DNA of 64,000 nucleotides from Octopus bimaculoides. Lineage: Eukaryota. The stretch is from NCBI RefSeq assembly GCF_001194135.2, contig NC_069000.1, forward strand, positions 10,661,641-10,725,640. Reading direction: 5' to 3'. Shown here piece after piece: positions 24,363 to 37,410 of this stretch. The position numbers and the translations under genes were made by a program. Each line of letters begins with the position of its first letter. Position 1 is the first letter of the stretch. Under the pieces are notes generated by a model that saw only the letters and a program-made list of their open reading frames with translations, was not told the origin of the DNA and searched no databases.

Positions 24363-24525
24363 TCTAAGTTCCCAGCAACTGTAATGGTTCTGGGAGTTGT
24401 CAGCAACGAGGAAAATGTCATGCCTCTTCACTTTTTCAATGCTGTTTTCTATATAGAGGTATTGGAGAAAGTTGTGATGCCTTGAATAGATAGAGGGCAC
24501 AATAGAAGACTCTATATCATCCAAT
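24363..24525 (+). mobile_element. Decayed IS630-Tc1-mariner (DD37D/maT-like) transposase fragment
   Basis: SKFPATVMVLGVVSNEENVMPLHFF|NAVFYIEVLEKVVMP*IDRGHNRRLYIIQ matches the recalled family pattern KFPATVMVLGVVSNEG.VMPPHFF...VNA..YIEVL..VVKPWI......RPY.FQQD, with a deletion of about 6 codons and one stop. Confidence 0.85.
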
Positions 24526-24690
24526 CAACGTCTTATACCATATCCTCTAGTCAACCCAAGGTTTGTGACAGAAATTGGGTTGATGGAAACTACTGTATTT
24601 AATAATTTTATAATATACACCTTTTTTTCTACAAACGCATCTCAAATGTCAAGTTGGGCCTCTCATGAACCAATTTTGTCCTTGCTTTAA

Positions 24691-24856
24691 CCTTTTAGCA
24701 TCCCGATTATTCTCTTAAATACGATCCTTATTCAAGATGTGATCATTCATTTTAGAATGACATTACAGGGTAGGTCTGAGAGGTTGGATCTAGCCAGTCT
24801 AAACATAAAACATAGAATGCTTGGACCTGATATGGTTTGTTTAAATGCTAAAAGAT
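24691..24856. mobile_element. piggyBac-type (TTAA) MITE
   Basis: TTAA|CCTTTTAGCAT ... ATGCTAAAAGAT|TTAA: terminal inverted repeats with TTAA on both sides. Confidence 0.75.
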
Positions 24857-24904
24857 TTAAGCACTTAAAACATTTTTTCCTGTGGCATGTTAGAAAATCA
24901 TTCA

Positions 24905-25206
24905 AGCGAGGTTGTTGCCAGTGCTGCTGGACTGGCTCCTGTGCAGGTGGCACATACAAAAAAAAAAACACCATTTTGAGCGTGGCTGATGCCAGTACCA
25001 CATGACTGGCCCTCATGCCGGTGGCACATAAAAGCACCCACTACACACTCGGAGTGGTTGGCGTTAGGAAGGGCATCCAGCTGTAGAAACTTTGCCAGAT
25101 CAGATTGGAGCCTGGTGCAGCCATCTGGTTCGCCAGTCCTCAGTCAAATCATCCAACCCATGCTAGCATGGAAAGGGGACGTTAAACGATGATGATGATG
25201 ATGATG
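24905..25206 (+). mobile_element. Family C retroposon with (GAT)n tail
   Basis: GGAGTGGTTGGCGTTAGGAAGGGCATCCAGCTGTAGAAAC...CAACCCATGCTAGCATGGAAAGGGGACGTTAAACGATGATG. Confidence 0.9.
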
Positions 25207-26259
25207 ATACATTACTGAAATTGGGGTGCATCTAATGTGCTGTGCACTTTTTATGTTATAAAATATAGAATAAGGAAGCTTGTTAAAGGAACGGTATCTG
25301 CAGTTCAAAAGGCTGTTCTGAGTCTGCCTATGGATTACACATTAAGAGTTCAACTGTCTCTGAAATACTCAACCAGTTATAATGTGATTGCAATGAGTAG
25401 ATAGCTTTATTAATTGAATAACTCATTCATAAAACTTCCATTCATAGAAATCAGCTCAAGATCCATTCATATATCCATCCATTAATTCATTTGTTCATTC
25501 ATTTATTCTATCCCAAGAGGCTGAAGTGAATATCAAACGAGCATGATTCACAACAGGTCACATGATCTGACATACAGCAGTAGGCTTTTGAATGATTTGA
25601 ATGACCTGACCTGTTTTTGCCTTACACAGCATTGTGACGTCATGTGACCCGATGTGATGTGACTGCATGGTGCATGAATGTGGGAGTCTTTGTAATCCCA
25701 ATGACGTGAGTGCACAAAGACAAAAACACACACACACACAAGAAACCCCCCACCACGACTCTTCTACCTCACCAAGATTATGCAGATGCGAACTAAACAA
25801 AACAAAACAAAACGAAATAAAGCAAAACATGTAATAAATAACGTTACACTAATTCAATTACGTCCATGACATGATATACAGCTATTGTTATTAATGGCTT
25901 GTCACAAAGCCAATAACATCATACATGTCTACAGATAATTACTAAAAACGAGATAAATGCTATTTATAAGTATAATTGTCACCAAACATTCATATTAATG
26001 ATTTAGCAGTGAGTTTTGACAATCTTTGGGTGAATTATATATTCCTTTATTTTCCCTGAGAATGGACATTAGAATTTTCCTGTTTTTTCTTCATCTGGTT
26101 AAAGAGCAGAAAACATGGGATCTTCATCTGAAGAACGTTGTATAAGGATTTGTTGAGGGAAGGTTTGTTGCTCTTGTTGAGTAAGAGGAATGATTATATG
26201 ATTATACAGAAGCTCTCTCAATGGGCTTTTGTTTTACTCTTTGCTAATTTTTATTATAA

Positions 26260-27060
26260 GGTACAGGCTATTGTCATTGTAGTCGAAATAACTGATGTGG
26301 TTGCTATTGTTTTTGCCCTTGGCATTTCTGTTGTTGTTGCTAATGTAACTGAAGTTGCTATTGCAGTTATTGCTGCTATTGCCGCTGTTGCAAATCAGTG
26401 CAGTAGTTGATATTGCAGTTGTTGCTATTGTCATTGTCGTTGAAATAACTGGTGTAGTCGCTAATGTTCCTTGCACTCAACATTGCTGTTATTGTTGTTG
26501 CTAATGTAATTGAAATTGCTACTGCAGTTGTTGCTATTGTCATTGTCATTGAAATAACTGGTGTAGTCGCTAATGTTCTTTGCACTCAACATTGCTGTTA
26601 TTGTTGTTGCTAATGTAATTGAAATTGCTACTGCAGTTGTTGCTATTGTCATTGTCATTGCTAATCAGTGCAGTAGTTGGTATTGCAGCTGTTGCTATTG
26701 TCATTGTTGTTGTTGAAATGACTAGTGTAGTTGCTAATGTTCTTGCATTTGACGTTGCTGCTGTTGTTGCGGTTGCTAATGCAACTGAAGTTGATATTGC
26801 AGTTGTTGCTATTGTCACTGTTGCTGCTAATCAGTGCAGTAGTTGATATTGCAGCTGTTGCTATTGCCAGTGTTGTTGAAACAACTGGCGTAGTTGCTAA
26901 TTTTCTTGAACCCGACATTGCTGCTTCTGTTCTTGTTGTTGTTGTTGCTAATGCAACCGAAGTTGATATTGCAGTTATTTTTCTTGCTTTTGCTCCTGTT
27001 GCTATTGTCGTTACAGTTGACATTACTGTAGCCATTGTGATTGTTGTTCTAAATGACACT
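26260..27060. repeat. Higher-order minisatellite built from GTT/GCT/ATT triplets
   Basis: Near-identical 109-bp units start at 26421, 26530 and 26639. A recurring module GCTAATCAGTGCAGTAGTTGATATTGCAG shifts the triplet register. Confidence 0.85.
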
Positions 27061-27808
27061 GCTATTATTATTGTTGCTATAATTAAACAGCACTGTTTGT
27101 TGCAATTGCTGTCAAATTGACATGGCAGCTGCTGTTGTTGTTTGCCATTATAGTTGCAATTAAGACTGGTTGTGGCTGTTGTTGTTGCTATTGTAGAAAC
27201 TAACATTATTATTATCGTTGCTATTAGAATTACAATGAACACTACTGTTGTTGTTGCTGTTATTTATGTAATTAACATTACTGTCGTTGTTGTTGTTGTT
27301 GTTGTTGCTGCTATTGTATTGCAATTAACATCGTTGTTGTTAACAAAATCCCACCGTGTTTTCTGTCTGAGAAAAATGTCTAACATGGAATAACTCTTTG
27401 GAATCCAGAATTTTTGGTGGCAATTATAACACTGTGATGACAGTTGACAAGGTAAGAAGGGTAAGAGAAGAGCAATTGAGGCATGGTGTTAGTAGAAGTT
27501 CTGTGGAGGGAGGAGGAGTGTGAATGAATGAATGAATGTGTGTGTGTGTGTGTGTGTTGGAAATTGGTGGCGGTGGTGGTAGGGGTTCTGTATTACAAGA
27601 GCAGAGAGTAAATGGTGGTGGGGAGAGAGAGATGTCAGGAGTAGAGGTTCAATAACACCGAGGTATACATTGGTGTATGTCTGCCTTAAATGGTTGTGGA
27701 GAGGGATAAGTATGTCTGAAAGAGGGAGGTGGAGAGAGAGAGAGAGAGAGAGAAGTGAGAGGAGATAGAGTGAGTCACTGAGCAATTGTGTATGTGTGTA
27801 TGTATGTA

Positions 27809-27847
<39 letters not shown>

Positions 27848-27934
27848 TCTTGTGTCTGTGAATGTATGTTGGACATGTGAATGTGTGCATATGAACAAGT
27901 GCATGTGTGTTAGCATATGTTCATGTGTTTGTGA

Positions 27935-27967
<33 letters not shown>

Positions 27968-28469
27968 CATGTATGCGTACATGTTCTTGCATATGTAGAT
28001 GCGTTTGTGTGTGTGCCTGTGTGTGTGTGTGTGTGTGTATGTGTGTAAATAATGATGAAGAGAAGGGGAAATAAAAATAAGAGAAAGTAAGAGAGTGGCA
28101 GGATACTGGACTGTAAGAGTAGAAGAGAGAGGAAAGTGGAGGAAAAAGAAAATACAGGAGGAGGAGGAGGAGGAGGAGAGAATGAATAATAAATAGAAAA
28201 GGAGGAGGGGAGAAACAGACGAAGGCAGAGTACAGAGAGGGAGAGGAGAAGGGTGAATAAAAGGAGGAAGAGGAGTAAAGAGAGGAGGAGTAAAATGGAG
28301 GAGATAGAAGAGTAATAGGAAGAGAAGGGAGAGTAAAGAGAGGAAGAGGCAGAGTTAAGAGGGTGAGAAAGGAGAAGGGAGAAGGGAGAAGAAAGATGGG
28401 AGATGTAAGAGAAGAGAGAGAGTGAGTAAAGTAAATGAAAATGAACTTGGAATATAGAGGCACGTATTG

Positions 28470-28872
28470 GTTTCAAATTTTAGCACAAAGCCAGCAATTT
28501 TGAGGGAGGAGATACGTTGGATTAAAAAGACCCCATTGTTCAGCTGAAAGGCTGAAAGGATGAAAGGGGCAAAGTTGACCTCAGCATTTAAAATATATTT
28601 TTTATTTCTTTATTGCCCACAAGAGGCTAAACATAGAGGAGACAAACAAGGACAGACAAAGGGATTAAGTCGATTAGATTGATTCCTCTGTACGTAACTG
28701 GTACTTAATTTATTGACTCCGAAAGGATGAAAGGCAAAGTCGACCTCACTCAAAACGTAACGGCAGACGAAATACCACTAAGCATTTTGCCTGGCGAGCT
28801 AACGTTCCAGCCAGCTTAAAGCATAATCAGAATCACATAACGATGATGATGATGATGATGATGACAATGATG

Positions 28873-28907
<35 letters not shown>

Positions 28908-29310
28908 CCTTTCTACTACACAAGCACAAGGCCTGAAATTTTGGGGGAGGGGACTAGTTGATTATATTGACCCCAGTGCTTAACTGGCACTTATCTAATT
29001 GACCCTTGAAAGAATGAAATGCCGTTAAGCATTTTATTCAATGCACTAATATTTCTGTCAGCTTGTCATTTTAACAATGATCTTTCCTACGAAAGGCACA
29101 ATGCCTGAAATGTTGAAGGAAGCAGGCTAGTTGAGTACCATCGACCCCAGTGTTTCACTGGTACTTAATTTATCGACTCCCCCCCCCCACAAAAAAAAGG
29201 ATGAAAGAAGCTGTCGGCCTTGGTGGAATTTGAACTCAAAATGTAAAGATGGACAAAATACCGCTAAGCATTTCGCCCGGCATGCTAACGTTTCTGCCAG
29301 CTCACCGCCT
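28470..29310 (-). mobile_element. Cluster of four family B SINE copies or fragments in the same orientation
   Basis: Copies at about 28470-28590, 28605-28830, 28905-29060 and 29085-29310 share CACAAGGCCTGAAAT, CTGGTACTTAATTTAT and GGCAAAGT.GACCTC motifs. Confidence 0.8.
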
Positions 29311-29464
29311 TGATATGTCTAAATTCTTATGTTAAGGTTAATGCATGTTAATCCTTCTGCCAGCTTGCAGTTTTAGGTACAGCATATATTAATACATGTG
29401 TTTATATGAGGAGAACAAAGTCTGTGATTACAAATAAAGAAGTTTCTGTACTTACGGAATAAAT

Positions 29465-29720
29465 TGAGGCAGATTTTCTGCGGCCGGGTGCCCTTCCTGT
29501 CACTTACCTTTATCTGCCTTGCAAGTAAGATTATATTTTCCCATGACTGGACGTGTTTTCACAGAAGATTGGAAATGTTTGACACTGTTTGTATGATGGT
29601 GACATTCATTTACAGTTATCATGCAATGTCGAGACAACGAGATACAAATCTGCGCGTGCATACATGTGACTGGGAAAGCAAACTTTTTATCCTCAGAGCC
29701 ATGCCTGGACCACACACTAC
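29465..29720 (-). mobile_element. SINE with tail H fused to a truncated family A head
   Basis: GGCCGGGTGCCCTTCCTGTC...TTTTCACAGAAGATTGGAAATG...GTATGATGGTGACATTCATTTACA is the reverse of 32400-32490. The adjacent CATGTGACTGGGAAAGCAAACTT...CAGAGCCATGCCTG is the reversed A head. Confidence 0.6.
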
Positions 29721-29757
<37 letters not shown>

Positions 29758-29966
29758 GTGTTAAATAAAATGAGACAACAAAGCCAAGGCAGTGTGAAAT
29801 TTCTTGGGGATTTATAAAGAGAAAGGTGGCCTTACAGCTGTTTCAGGGATATAAAGGATATCATCAGAGATGAAGGAAATAGTAGGGATCAATATAAGAA
29901 GTTATTTTGGACAGGGAAAGATATAGGAATTATAAAGGGGCATATGAGAATAAAAATTAAAATATA

Positions 29967-30111
29967 GGAAGGGCATCCAGCTGTAGAAACTCTGCCAAAT
30001 CAGACTGGAGCCTGGTGTTGCCATCTGGTTTCACCAGTCCTCAGTCAAATCGTCCAACCCATGCTAGCATGGAAAGCGGACGTTGAACGACGACGATGAT
30101 GATGATGATGC
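29967..30111 (+). mobile_element. 5'-truncated young family C retroposon
   Basis: GGAAGGGCATCCAGCTGTAGAAACTCTGCCAAATCAGA...CATGCTAGCATGGAAAGCGGACGTT followed by (GAC/GAT)n. Confidence 0.9.
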
Positions 30112-30171
30112 TGGATGTTACAGTTTATGGGTCTTCTGAATACCAAAACCCCCCTCTCTCTCTCACACACA

Positions 30172-30203
30172 TACAAGGGTTGGACAAAATAATGGAAACA
30201 CCT
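30172..30203. mobile_element. Isolated Tc1-like terminal repeat, cut by a SINE D 3' fragment (30204-30320)
   Basis: TACAAGGGTTGGACAAAATAATGGAAACACCT resembles Tc1-family termini. No partner end was found. Confidence 0.45.
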
Positions 30204-32184
30204 GTTAAGGGTACGCATGTCTATGGAGTGCTCAGCCACTTGCACGTTAATTTCACGACCAGGTTGTTCCATTGATCGGATCAACTAGAACCCTTGTCGT
30301 CGCAACCAATAGAGCACCAGTTATTCAGTACTGTGTTGCACCTAAGTGCAGTATAGGCAAATTGGTTACACCCTGCACTAGTTAACAAATCTAAAGCTTC
30401 AAATGGTTTATTCTAGATGTTTACTAATACTTAAAAGCTGCTGGTCGAGAGAATATCAACCAGCAGTGTTGGTTTTGATCGAACTACGGTCGAATAAGAC
30501 CCAACCAAATTAAAACCAAATTTGCAATCCTTCCATTGTTATATTCTCAGTTTCACAAGTTCTCTCCCCTTCTCTCTCTCCCCTTCTCTCTCTCTCCTTC
30601 TCCCTCTCTCTCTTTTCCTCTCACTCTCTACCCCTCTCTCACTCTCCCTCTCACTCTACCCCCTCTCTCTCCTTTTCTCTCTTCCCCTCTCCTTCCCTCA
30701 CTTTCCTCCTTTCTCCCCTTCACTCTTCGTCTCTCTCCCTTCTTTCCCTCTTTNNNNNNNNNNNNNNNNNNNNNNNNNNNNNNNNNNNNNNNNNNNNNNN
30801 NNNNNNNNNNNNNNNNNNNNNNNNNNNNNNNNNNNNNNNNNNNNNNNNNNNNNNNNNNNNNNNNNNNNNNNNNNNNNNNNNNNNNNNNNNNNNNNNNNNN
30901 NNNNNNNNNNNNNNNNNNNNNNNNNNNNNNNNNNNNNNNNNNNNNNNNNNNNNNNNNNNNNNNNNNNNNNNNNNNNNNNNNNNNNNNNNNNNNNNNNNNN
31001 NNNNNNNNNNNNNNNNNNNNNNNNNNNNNNNNNNNNNNNNNNNNNNNNNNNNNNNNNNNNNNNNNNNNNNNNNNNNNNNNNNNNNNNNNNNNNNNNNNNN
31101 NNNNNNNNNNNNNNNNNNNNNNNNNNNNNNNNNNNNNNNNNNNNNNNNNNNNNNNNNNNNNNNNNNNNNNNNNNNNNNNNNNNNNNNNNNNNNNNNNNNN
31201 NNNNNNNNNNNNNNNNNNNNNNNNNNNNNNNNNNNNNNNNNNNNNNNNNNNNNNNNNNNNNNNNNNNNNNNNNNNNNNNNNNNNNNNNNNNNNNNNNNNN
31301 NNNNNNNNNNNNNNNNNNNNNNNNNNNNNNNNNNNNNNNNNNNNNNNNNNNNNNNNNNNNNNNNNNNNNNNNNNNNNNNNNNNNNNNNNNNNNNNNNNNN
31401 NNNNNNNNNNNNNNNNNNNNNNNNNNNNNNNNNNNNNNNNNNNNNNNNNNNNNNNNNNNNNNNNNNNNNNNNNNNNNNNNNNNNNNNNNNNNNNNNNNNN
31501 NNNNNNNNNNNNNNNNNNNNNNNNNNNNNNNNNNNNNNNNNNTGATTTAAAATGGATGCTGTGACTCCAATACAATATCATTTGTTTCCCTTTCAATAAC
31601 ATCATTTCAGACGAAAATCGTTCATCAAATAAATACAAAATAATTCATAATAAAAATATATATTCATTCAGAGGATTAGTTAATTGATTAATTAATTAGC
31701 AATGTTAGGCTACAGTACAAGGGCTTCCCAACCATTTACATTTCGTTTTAGCCCTTGGCAACATTTCGAAAAGCAAATTTTGAAAGTAAATTTTGTTGCA
31801 GCACTGCTTTGTTCAGTGATATGAGTGGTTACACTTCTGCTTAGAATAAAACAACAGACAAAGAGAAAATGAATTTAAAATACTAAAACCCATCAAAGTT
31901 CGCTTTGTCTTTAGTCGTTTTAGGGGTTAATAATAATATAAAGTACGAGTCAAGTACTGACCTTGATGGTTGTCTTTCAAAATCGCTGGCCCTAAGCCTA
32001 AATAATAAACAATTAGTTATAAATAATTATAACAATTACAACAGTACGATATAATGTTATTTCATTTATTTATGGACTAATAATAAACAGACATCAGAAC
32101 CAAATATCATCACTATACTTCTTAATTACTGTGCTACTAATTAAGTAGTCTAATTCAGAAAACTAAGAAGTATAGAACACAGAT

Positions 32185-32490
32185 AGGCGTGGATATGGTT
32201 GTGTGGTAATGAAGCTTGCTTTGTAACCATGTGGTCTCAGGTTCAGCCCCACTGCACAGCACCTGGAGCAAGTGCTGTCTACTATAGTCCTTGGTTATGC
32301 AAAGCCTTGTGAGTGGATATGGTAGATGGAAACTGAAAGAAGCACATTGGGTATGTTTATGTCACTGTGTGTAAGTATGTGTATTTGTATGTACCTGTGT
32401 CTTGACATCATGTAATGTTTGTAAATGAGCGCCACCCTCATACAAGCAGTGTTGTTCACTTCTAGTATTCTGTGAAAAGCATGTTTGGCC
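32185..32490 (+). mobile_element. Family A head plus (TG)-rich linker plus tail H
   Basis: A head at 32185-32345, a TG-rich linker, then GTGTCTTGACATC...GTAAATGAGCGCCACC.TCATACAAGC. Confidence 0.7.
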
Positions 32491-33854
32491 CAGAGGTAGA
32501 TACTGAGTTCATGGTATCATAGTGAGGATCTGATCAAAGACTTCACAATTAAAAAACGTAAGGGAAAACTCTTCAAAAACTAATAAAATGGTAATACATA
32601 AAAAAGAGATTATTTTCAAGCTTACTATTAGTTGCGTTTCCTTTTGAAAAAATATAGATTTATGTTATAGTTCATTATTGTTTATATCTTGAATTACACA
32701 TATATATGGGGGTACCAAAGTCTTTTAAGTGCTTAGAGCTTCTATGAGTCTTAATCAAGACCTGACTCGTATACTCACAAACTAATCTTGAGACAGTCAC
32801 GAGATCTTGGCACATACATAAGCTGGTTTTAATAAACCACAAGTAGGTCTTGGTACAGTTACATCTAGTCTGATACAGGAACAACCTGGCCTTGACAAAT
32901 ACTATGTTAGTACTGATGCAGCAACAAGCAAGTCTTAATACAAGCTTTGCAGCCTTAATCTGTTAGGGATGAAATCTAAATACATTAAGTTTCAGAAAGA
33001 AAAAGTGTAAGGTTTTTAATTATTGTCTTAATTAAGCAATATTTTTGAAAAACTTCTCTCAAGTATTTAATTAAAGTAAAATAATTAATAAAAAATTTTC
33101 CAAAGAGTTTAATGAATGTTCATTTTTGGCTGCCATGATAAATACAATAATTGGTATTTTTACTTAAAAGATTTAATTAACTATTAAATTTTTGAAATTG
33201 TTTCGATGATTAATTAAAATTATAAAAATTTTATATGAATATATCAAAAAGAAGATACCTAAATTTTCTTCCATTAACTATCAAATAGTTTACACACACA
33301 CACACACACTCACACACACACTCACACACACACACACACACACACTCACACACACACTCACACACANNNNNNNNNNNNNNNNNNNNNNNNNNNNNNNNNN
33401 NNNNNNNNNNNNNNNNNNNNNNNNNNNNNNNNNNNNNNNNNNNNNNNNNNNNNNNNNNNNNNNNNNNNNNNNNNNNNNNNNNNNNNNNNNNNNNNNNNNN
33501 NNNNNNNNNNNNNNNNNNNNNNNNNNNNNNNNNNNNNNNNNNNNNNNNNNNNNNNNNNNNNNNNNNNNNNNNNNNNNNNNNNNNNNNNNNNNNNNNNNNN
33601 NNNNNNNNNNNNNNNNNNNNNNNNNNNNNNNNNNNNNNNNNNNNNNNNNNNNNNNNNNNNNNNNNNNNNNNNNNNNNNNNNNNNNNNNNNNNNNNNNNNN
33701 NNNNNNNNNNNNNNNNNNNNNNNNNNNNNNNNNNNNNNNNNNNNNNNNNNNNNNNNNNNNNNNNNNNNNNNNNNNNNNNNNNNNNNNNNNNNNNNNNNNN
33801 NNNNNNNNNNNNNNNNNNNNNNNNNNNNNNNNNNNNNNNNNNNNNNNNNNNNNN

Positions 33855-33936
<82 letters not shown>

Positions 33937-34159
33937 TCATCAACAGCTGTGATACTAGCAATTGTAATTTAATAATGTTATTAATAGCAATAACAGTAAG
34001 AAGAATGGTAATAATGTTCCTCATAATTTTAATTTTAAAGATAGCTGTATTTATGATAATGATAATAGAAATATCGATAATCATAATATGAATAATAGCA
34101 TTTGAGTTGTTCATAGTAATACCAATAATATGAATGTGAATAAGAATAATAATTCTTCC

Positions 34160-34340
34160 TACTATAGACACAAAATTTGAAATTTTAGGGTAGGGACGAG
34201 TTGATTACATCTACCCAAGTGCCCAAGTACTTGACTGGTACTTATTTCATTGACCCTGAATGGGATGACAGGCAAAGTCAGTCTCAGCAGAGTTTGAACT
34301 CAAAAGTAGACAGATGAAATGCCTCTAAGCATTTCCTCCA
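34160..34340 (-). mobile_element. Family B SINE
   Basis: CTACTATAGACACAAAATTTGAAATT...CTGGTACTTATTTCATTGACCC...GAGTTTGAACTCA. Confidence 0.75.
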
Positions 34341-34509
34341 TCTATGTTCTGCTGAGATTATCAATGCTAATAGTAGTTTAATGTGTGATATGAATAAATG
34401 CAACTTCAGAGCACTGAATTGTTGTCCCTTAAATAGTAACTGCCTGATATTATAATCTTTATAGAGACACAGTATATATAGCAGGCATCACAATTTAGCA
34501 GAAATATAT

Positions 34510-34663
34510 AGGCGCTGTGGGGTAAGAAGCTTGCTTCCCAACCATATGGTTCTAGGTTCAGTACCACTGTGTGACACCTTGGGCAAGTGTCTTCTACTAT
34601 AGCCTCGGGCTGACCAAAGCCTTGTGAGTGGATTTGGCAGATGGAAACTAAAAGAAGCCTGTT
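34510..34663 (+). mobile_element. Family A SINE running into (TA)n(TG)n and a gap
   Basis: GTGGGGTAAGAAGCTTGCTTCCCAACCATATGG...GGAAACTAAAAGAAGCCTG. Confidence 0.85.
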
Positions 34664-35828
34664 GTATATATATATATATATATATATACATATATATATA
34701 CATGTGTGTGTGTGTGTGTGTGTGTNNNNNNNNNNNNNNNNNNNNNNNNNNNNNNNNNNNNNNNNNNNNNNNNNNNNNNNNNNNNNNNNNNNNNNNNNNN
34801 NNNNNNNNNNNNNNNNNNNNNNNNNNNNNNNNNNNNNNNNNNNNNNNNNNNNNNNNNNNNNNNNNNNNNNNNNNNNNNNNNNNNNNNNNNNNNNNNNNNN
34901 NNNNNNNNNNNNNNNNNNNNNNNNNNNNNNNNNNTATATATATATATATATATATATATATTCCCGAGCGTCATACTAATATATACTTTTGTTATTTACA
35001 CCACCTGTCCTCGTCTGTTGTTATTTTTTGTATATTCTCCCATATATATATATATATATATTTAGTCTTACTATATGGTTTTTCCTTCTGCCAAATTACA
35101 ATCACAAGATTTTGACTAGCCTGAAGGTATGACAAAATATACTCGTACCTGTTCAAGATGTTGCACAAAGAAATGGCAGCTTGGAACCATATGGTTACAG
35201 AGTGAAATTCTTAACCACACAGCTAATCTTTCTACCGATATATATTAAGGTTTCCTTATATTTCTTATTGAATTATCACATAATTATTTTCTTATATTAT
35301 ATCATATCATTATTTTCTGATATCTACATTTCTATAGCATCACATTATTACACTGTCACTAGAATGTATATTATACTTTTGCAATAATTGGCCTGACAAT
35401 GGTGAACTTTGATCTCCTGCTTTCTTTTACTTGTCTTCTATGCCTCAGGGATGTATGTAGGTAGGTATGTAGGTATGTAGGGACGTTAGTAGGTGTTTGG
35501 TATATGACTGACTAAGCACTAAAAATCATTAGATCATGAATTTTCCATTCTGAAATTGAATAAAACCATTAAATAATATTTCGTGAGTTACCTGTTCATT
35601 TTTTTTTTGTTCTTTTGTTTTGTTAATATTTGAGCAAAGTTCAGCTAAGATCAAGTCTGCCATTTATTTTCCCAGACTGAGGCAACAAAGGAAGGGAGCA
35701 CCTACGTGGTCATTGGTCCACCTGCTAGAAAGAGCAACCAAATCCTTTCTAATCACTTTCTATCATCTTGATAAAAACAAAAATAAAATAGAAATTAAAA
35801 GAGAGAAAAACAGATTTTTTTCTTGGAT

Positions 35829-36121
35829 GCATCATCATCATCAATTCCATCATCATCATCGTCATCATCATCATCGTCATCATCATCATCGTCATCATCA
35901 TCATCGTCATCATCATCATCGTCATCATCATCATCGTCATCATCATCATCGTCATCATCATCATCGTCATCATCATCATCGTCATCATCATCATCGTCAT
36001 CATCATCATCGTCAGCGTCGTCGTCATCATCATCGTCAGCGTCGTCGTCATCTTCATCATCATCATCGTCAGCATCGTCATCATCATCATCATCATCATT
36101 GTCATCATCATCGTCATCATT
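35829..36121. repeat. (CAT)n array with a 15-bp higher-order unit (CAT)4CGT; expanded tail of a minus-strand family C-like element
   Basis: About 10 regular CATCATCATCATCGT units, followed by a family C-like 3' end (TTTTCCTTGCTTGCATGGGTCAGATGG). Confidence 0.9.
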
Positions 36122-36984
36122 ATTTTTTCCTTGCTTGCATGGGTCAGATGGAATTTGTTGAGATAGATTTTCAATGGCCTGATGCCATTCTGTCACTGAC
36201 CCCGTCGAAGAAAAGAGCAAAAAAAAAAAAAACAGAGTGAATAAAGGTTTGCATGTACAGGACTCATAAGGCTGACATGCTTGATAAGGATTGCTTAAGG
36301 GCCAAACTACAACAATAAACATAACAATGATGCCATTTCACTCACAAGGTTGGGATCAATTTGTAGCCATGATAGAAAGTAATATATAATCCAAGGTGCC
36401 ATGCTATAGGATTGAACTCGGATACAGCTGATTGGAAAGAAAAACATTTTAGCCACAAATGCATCATACACTCAGTAAGCCTGAACTCAGTTATCAGATT
36501 GACTTTTCAGCAGTGGTTGGTTCATTCTATTTTAATGTAGAAATCTGACCTTCAATGGTGACCTTCACTCACACCTGAAAAAAAAAAAGGGAAAAATACA
36601 AAAATGAGAAGCAAAAATCCAACAAAAACCAAAATACAAAGCTTGGATGAAGAATCAGGTATTTTTTTATTTTTTTCCTGAATTTACATAAGCTTGCCAT
36701 TATAGTTTTTGTGTCATTGATGCGAAATATTGGAAGAGATCAATTCTTTGATCTGTACGCCATTAACTTCATCATTATTGGTCTCTAGAAACAACTTGGA
36801 TCACAAATATGCAATTTCACTGACTATAAAATAAAATACAATCTTAAATAACAAGAATTAGGAGAAAATAGAAATTTTTTCTGTGTTTTTTTCCCTTTTT
36901 TCTTCTTTTAGAGGATTGAAAATATAAAAGCTGGAAATATAAAAGGAATTTATAATACTTTGTATCACTCTAGATGGATATTAC

Positions 36985-37410
36985 ACAGACACACACAGAC
37001 ACACATACACACACATGTACACATACACACGTGCACACACATGCACACATATAAACATATATACATACTCACATGTACACATGTACACATATATACATAC
37101 ATACATACGCATGTACATATATAAACAAATATACATGCATACATACTCACATGTACACATATAAACATACATACATACACACACATGTACTCTTATAAAC
37201 ATACATACACACACACACATGTACACATATGAACATATATGCATACATACATACATACATACATACATACATACATACATACATACACACATATGTACAC
37301 ATATAAACATATATACATACATACACACATGCACACATGTACACATATAAACATATATACATACATATGTACACACACATATATATACATATACCTGCAC
37401 ATGTGTGTGT
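36985..37410. repeat. Compound (CA/TA) microsatellite with recurring ACATGTACACATATAAAC modules
   Basis: Read directly from the sequence. Confidence 0.9.

Noticed and set aside
26234-27242. Mucin-like Thr-rich or Val/Ala-rich ORFs
   Set aside because: The frame switches at each module and the 109-bp unit is not a multiple of 3; treated as a minisatellite.
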